Shown here: positions 58,321 through 64,000 of the stretch, in pieces
How the letters are laid out: each line of letters opens with the position of its first letter
Position numbering within the stretch: position 1 is the stretch's first letter
From: Eledone cirrhosa
Taxonomy: Eukaryota
DNA: 64,000 bases
Assembly (NCBI GenBank): GCA_964016885.1
Contig: OZ024744.1
Coordinates: forward strand, 17,298,001-17,362,000
Direction of reading: 5' to 3'
Made by a program: the position numbers and the translations under genes
Notes under the pieces: model-generated
Told to the model about the DNA's origin: nothing
The model's database searches: none
The model's input: the letters and a program-made list of their open reading frames with translations, nothing else

Positions 58321-61300
58321 ATCAGACATTGACGGCAGGTTGATACTCATTGCTGACCTGTACGCCATCAGACACTGACGGCAGGTTGATACTCATCGCT
58401 GACCTGTACACCATCAGACATTGACGGCAGGTTGATACTCATTGCTGATCTGTACACCAACAGGTATTGACGACAGGTTGATACTCATTGCTGACCTGTA
58501 CACCATCAGACATTGACGGCAGGTTGATACTCATTGCTGACCTGTACACCATCAGGTATTGACGGCAGGTTGATACTCATTGCTGACCTGTACACCAACA
58601 TATATTGACGGCAGGTTGATACTCATTGCTGACGTGTACACCATCAGACATTGACGACAGGTTGATACTCATTGCTGACCTGTACACCATCAGACATTGA
58701 TGACAGGTTGATACTCATTGCTGACCTGTACACCATCAGACATTGACGTTAGGTTGATACTAATTGCTGACCTGTACACCTTCAGATATTGATGTCAGGT
58801 AGATACTCATTGCTGACCTTACACCATCAGGTATTGACGGCAGGTTGATACTCATTGCTGACTTGTACACCATCAGATACTGACAACAGGTTGATACTCA
58901 TTGCTGACCTCTACACCATCAAACTCTGACGGCAGGTTGATACTCATATTTGACCTGTACACCATCAGGTATTGAGGCAGGTTGATACTCATTGCTGACC
59001 TGTACACCATCAGACATTGACGACATGTTGATACTCATTGCTGACCTGTACACCATCAGACATTGACGACAGGTTAATACTCATTGCTGACCTGAACACC
59101 ATGAGACATTGACGGCAGGTTGATAGTCTTTGCTGACCTGTATACCATCAGATACTGACAATCGTTTGATAATGATTGCTGGCCTGTACACCATCAGGTA
59201 TTGACGACAGTTTGGTACTCATTGCTGACTTGTACACCATCAGGTATTGACGGCAGGTTGATACACATTGTTGACCTGTACATCATCAGACATTGACGGC
59301 AGGTTGATACACATTGCTGACCTGTACACCATCAGGTATTGACGGCAGGTTGATATCATTGCTAACCTGTACACCATCAGACATTGACGACAAGTTGATA
59401 CTCATTGCTGACCTGTACACCATCAGATACTGACGACAGCTTGATACTCATTGCTGACCTGTACACCATCAGACATTGACGGCAGGTTGATACTCATTGC
59501 TTACCTGTACACAATCAGACATTGACAGCAGGTTGATACTCATTGTTGACCAGTACACCATCAGATACTGACGACAGGTTGATACTCATTGCTGACCTGT
59601 ACACCATCATACATTGACGACAGGTTGATACTCATTGCTGACCTGTACACCATCAAACATTGACGGCAGGTTGTTACTTATAGTTGACCTGTACACCATC
59701 ATGTATTGACGACAGGTTGATACTCATTAGTGACCTGTACACCATCAGGTATTGACGGCAGGTTGATACTCATTGCTGACCTGTACACCATCAGATACTG
59801 ACGGCAAGTTGATACTCATTGCTGACCTGTACACCATCAGACATTGACGGCAGGTTGATACTCATTTCTGACCTGTACACCATCATACATTAACGATAGG
59901 TTGATACTCATTGCTGATCTGTACACCATCAGATATTGACGACAGGTTGATACTCATTGCTGACCTGTACACCATCAGATATTGACGACATGTTGATCCT
60001 CATTGCTGACCTGTAAACCATCAGACATTGACGGCAGGTTGATACTCATTGCTGACCTGTACACCATCAGATACTGACGACAAGTTGATACTCATTGCTG
60101 ACCTGTACACCATCAGACATTGAGGGCATGTTGATACTCATTGCTGACCTGTACACCATCATATATTGACGACATGTTGATACTCATTGCTGACCTGTAC
60201 ACCATCAGACATTGACGGCAGGTTGATACTCATTGCTGACCTGTACACCATCAGATACTGACGACAGGTTGATACTCATTGCTGACCTGTACACCATCAG
60301 ACATTGACGGCAGGTTGATACTCATTGCTGACCTGTGCACCATCAGACATTTACGGCAGGTTGATACACATTGCTGACCTGTACACCATCAGACATTGAC
60401 GGCAGGTTGATACTCATTGCTGACCTGTACACCATGAGTTATTGACGACAAGTTGATACTCATTGTTGACCTGTACACCATCAGACATTGATGACAGGTT
60501 GATACTCATTGCTGACCTGTACACCATCAGAATTTGACGGCAGGTTGATACTCATTGCTGACCTGCACACCATCAGATTGATGACAGGTTGATACTCATT
60601 GCTGACCTGTACACCATCAGACATTGACGACAGGTTGAAACTCATTGCTGACCTGTACAACACCAGACATTGACGACAGGTTAATACTCATTGCTGACCT
60701 GTACACCATCAGACATTGACGGCAGGTTGATACTCATTGCTGACCTGTACACCATCAGACATTGACGACAGGTTGATACTCATTGCTGACCTGTACACCA
60801 TCAGACATTGACGATAGGTTGATACACATTGCTGACCTGTACACCATCAGATATTGACGACATGTTGATACTCATTGCTGACCTGTACACCATCAGGTAT
60901 TGACGACAGGTTGATACTCATTGCTGACCTGTACACCATCAGACATTGACGGCAGGTTGATACTCATTGCTGACCTGTACACCATCAGATACTGACAACA
61001 GCTTGATACTCATTGCTGACCTGTACACCATCAGACATTGACGATAGGTTGATACTCATTGCTGACCTGTACACCATCAGATATTGACAGCAGGTTGATA
61101 CTCATTGCTGACCTGTACACCATCATACATTGACGACAGGCTGATACTCATTGCTGACCTGTACGCCATTAGACATTGACGAGAGTTTAATACTCATTGC
61201 TGACCTGTACACCATCAGGTATTGACGGCAGGTTGATACTCATTTCTGACCTGTACACCATCAGACATTGACGGCAGGTTGATACTCATTGCTGACCTGT

Positions 61301-64000
61301 ACACCATCAGATATTGACGACATGTTGATACTCATTGCTGACCTGTACACCATCAGACATTGACGGCAGGTTGATACTCATTGCTGACCTGTACACCATC
61401 AGATACTGACGACAGGTTGATACTCATTGCTGACCTGTACACCATCAGACATTGACGGCAGGTTGATACTCATTGCTGACCTGTACACCATCAGATATTG
61501 ACGGCAGGTTGATACTCATTGCTGACCTGTACACCATCAGTTATTGACGACAAGTTGATACTGATTGCTGACCTGTACACCATCAGATATTGACAGCAGG
61601 TTGATACTCATTGCTGACCTGTACACCATCAGACATTGACGCAGGTTGATACTCATTGCCCACCTGTACACCATCAGGTATTGACGGCAGGTTGATACTC
61701 ATTGCTGACCTGTACACCATCACTTATTGACGACAGGTTCATACTCATTGCTGACATGTACACCATCAGACATTGACGGCAGGTTGATACTCATTGCTGA
61801 CCTGTACACCATCAGACATTGACGGTAGGTTGATACTCATTGCTGACCTGTACACCATCAGATACTGACGACAGGTTGATACTCATTGCTGACCGGTACA
61901 CCATCAGGTATTGACGACAGGTTGATACTCATTAGTGACCTGTACACCATCAGGTATTGACGGCAGGTTGATACTCATTTCTGACCTGTACACCATCATA
62001 CATTGACGATAGGTTGATACTCATTGCTGACCTGTACACCATCAGATATTGACAGCAGGTTGATACTCATTGCTGACCTGTACACCATCAGACATTGACG
62101 GCAGGTTGATACTCATTCCTGACCTGTACACCATCAGACATTGACGGCAGGTTGATACTCATTGCTGACCTGTACACCATCAGACATTCACGGCAGGTTG
62201 ATACTCATTGCTGACCTGTACACCATCAGACATTGACGGTAGGTTGATACTCATTGCTGACCTGTACACCATCAGATACTGACGACAGGTTGATACTCAT
62301 TGCTGACCTGTACACCATCAGAATTTGACGTCAGGTTGATACTCATTGCTGACCTGTACACCATCAGACATTGACGACAGGTTGATACTCATTGCTGACC
62401 TGTACATCACATACTGACGACAGGTTGATACTCATTGCTGACATGTAAACCATCAGATACTGACGACAGGTTGATACTCATTGCTGACCTGTACACCATC
62501 AGATACTAACGACAGGTTGATACTCATTGCTGACCTGTACACCATCAGATACTAACGACAGGTTGATACTCATTGCTGACATGTACACCATCAGATACTG
62601 ACGACAGGTTGATACTCATTGCTGACCTGTACACCATCAGGTATTGACGGCAGTTTGGTACTCATTGCTGACCTGTACACCATCATATATTGACGGCAGG
62701 TTGATATTCATTGCTGACTTGTACACCATCAGACATTGACGACAGGTTGATACTCATTGCTAACCTGTACACCATCAGACATTGACGACAGGTTGATACT
62801 CATTACTGACTTGTACACCATCAGACATTGACGGCAGGTTGATACTCATTGCTGACCTGTACACCATCATACATTGACGACAGGTTGATACTCATTGCTG
62901 ACCTGTACACCATCAGACAATGACGGCAGGTTGATACTCATTGCTGACTTGTACGCCATCAGACACTGACGGCAGGTTGATACTCATCGCTGACCTGTAC
63001 ACCATCAGACATTGACGGCAGGTTGATACTCATTGCTGATCTGTACACCAACAGGTATTGACGACAGGTTGATACTCATTGCTGACCTGTACACCATCAG
63101 ACATTGACGGCAGGTTGATACTCATTGCTGACCTGTACACCATCAGGTATTGACGGCAGGTTGATACTCATTGCTGACCTGTACACCAACATATATTGAC
63201 GGCAAGTTGATACTCATTGCTGACGTGTACACCATCAGACATTGACGACAGGTTGATACTCATTGCTGACCTGTACACCATCAGACATTGATGACAGGTT
63301 GATACTCATTGCTGACCTGTACACCATCAGACATTGACGTTAGGTTGATACTAATTGCTGACCTGTACACCTTCAGATATTGATGTCAGGTAGATACTCA
63401 TTGCTGACCTTACACCATCAGGTATTGACGGCAGGTTGATACTCATTGCTGACCTGTACACCATCAAACTCTGACGGCAGGTTGATACTCATATTTGACC
63501 TGTACACCATCAGGTATTGAGGCAGGTTGATACTCATTGCTGACCTGTACACCATCAGACATTGACGACATGTTGATACTCATTGGTGACCTGTACACCA
63601 TCAGATACTGACGACAGGTTGATTCTCATTTCTGACCTGTACACCATCAGACATTGACGGCAGGTTGATACACATTGTTGAACTGTACACCATCAGACAT
63701 TGACGGCAGATTGATACTCATTGCTGACCTGTACACCATCAGACATTGACGACAGGTTAATACTCATTGCTGACCTGAACACCATGAGACATTGACGGCA
63801 GGTTGATAGTCTTTGCTGACCCGTATACCATCAGATACTGACAATCGTTTGATAATCATTGCTGGCCTGTACACCATCAGGTATTGACGACAGTTTGGTA
63901 CTCATTGCTGACTTGTACACCATCAGGTATTGACGGCAGGTTGATACACATTGTTGACCTGTACATCATCAGACATTGACGGCAGGTTGATACACATTGC
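56640..64000. repeat. Mosaic duplication: about 56.6-58.2 kb repeated at offset about 3674, and about 58.36-59.32 kb repeated at offset 4545-4683
   Basis: GAGAGTTTAA at 57507/61181 and GACCGGTACA at 58217/61891 give offset 3674. TACGCCATCAGACACTG..CATCGCTG at 58361/62952 gives 4591, CTCTGAC at 58924/63469 gives 4545, and TGACAATCG at 59156/63839 gives 4683. Confidence 0.82.

Larger units (their letters stand above)
1..64000. repeat. Tandem satellite array of a 46-bp monomer (about 1,390 copies, head-to-tail, one orientation), running off both window ends
   Basis: Bases 1-46 (aggttgatactcattgctgacctgtacaccatcagacattgacgac) recur from base 47 and throughout, usually with 0-4 substitutions and occasional 1-3 nt indels. 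64000/46 is about 1,390. No non-repeat DNA or reverse-complement monomers were seen. Each intact monomer contains the palindrome TGTACA and one CpG. Confidence 0.99.

Noticed and set aside
9221-60663. The 19 minus-strand ORFs of 60-76 aa (MVYRSAMS...)
   Set aside because: They are translations of 4-5 satellite monomers in which an indel or a TCA mutation happens to bypass the periodic TGA stops. They show no domain-like content and recur only because the DNA blocks are duplicated.
1-64000. CRISPR array (conserved hairpin-forming segment of about 35 bp alternating with a variable segment)
   Set aside because: The variable part is only about 11 bp and consists of point variants of one sequence, not unique spacers. 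No leader or cas genes are present.
1-64000. Pure technical concatemer (rolling-circle or synthetic artefact)
   Set aside because: Hierarchically shared substitutions and indels at many different periods indicate an evolutionary history rather than random error on one template. Individual near-identical duplications could still be misassemblies.
1-64000. Embedded transposon, tRNA, rRNA, inversion or unique island
   Set aside because: Reading through the window, I found no stretch that departs from the 46-bp register by more than a few bases and no reverse-orientation monomers.

Overview
The whole 64 kb window is one uninterrupted, single-orientation tandem array (satellite or long minisatellite DNA) of a 46-bp monomer, about 1,390 copies. 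The consensus is AGGTTGATACTCATTGCTGACCTGTACACCATCAG(A/G/T)(C/T)A(T/C)TGACG(A/G)C, about 46% GC. I found no genes, RNA genes, transposons, CRISPR spacers, inversions or unique DNA. All 19 listed ORFs are by-products of translating the repeat, although they are useful positional markers. The structure of interest lies inside the array. (i) Rare variant monomers act as barcodes and reveal nested higher-order repeats and segmental duplications with changing periods: about 0.46-0.78 kb inside 1.75-1.84 kb, then about 4 kb, 0.92 kb, 6.3/7.5 kb, 5.05 kb, 1.5-1.8 kb inside about 9.1 kb, and 3.7-4.7 kb. (ii) Each monomer can form a strand-asymmetric hairpin, and its commonest polymorphisms keep or improve pairing. 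(iii) Variation is concentrated in a few positions that form a small alphabet of monomer types. (iv) The monomer may be an old 25+21 bp dimer. (v) Every consensus stop codon is TGA. The organism and chromosomal context cannot be determined from the sequence; a eukaryotic satellite is an inference. Coordinates were counted by hand and block boundaries are approximate to about one monomer.
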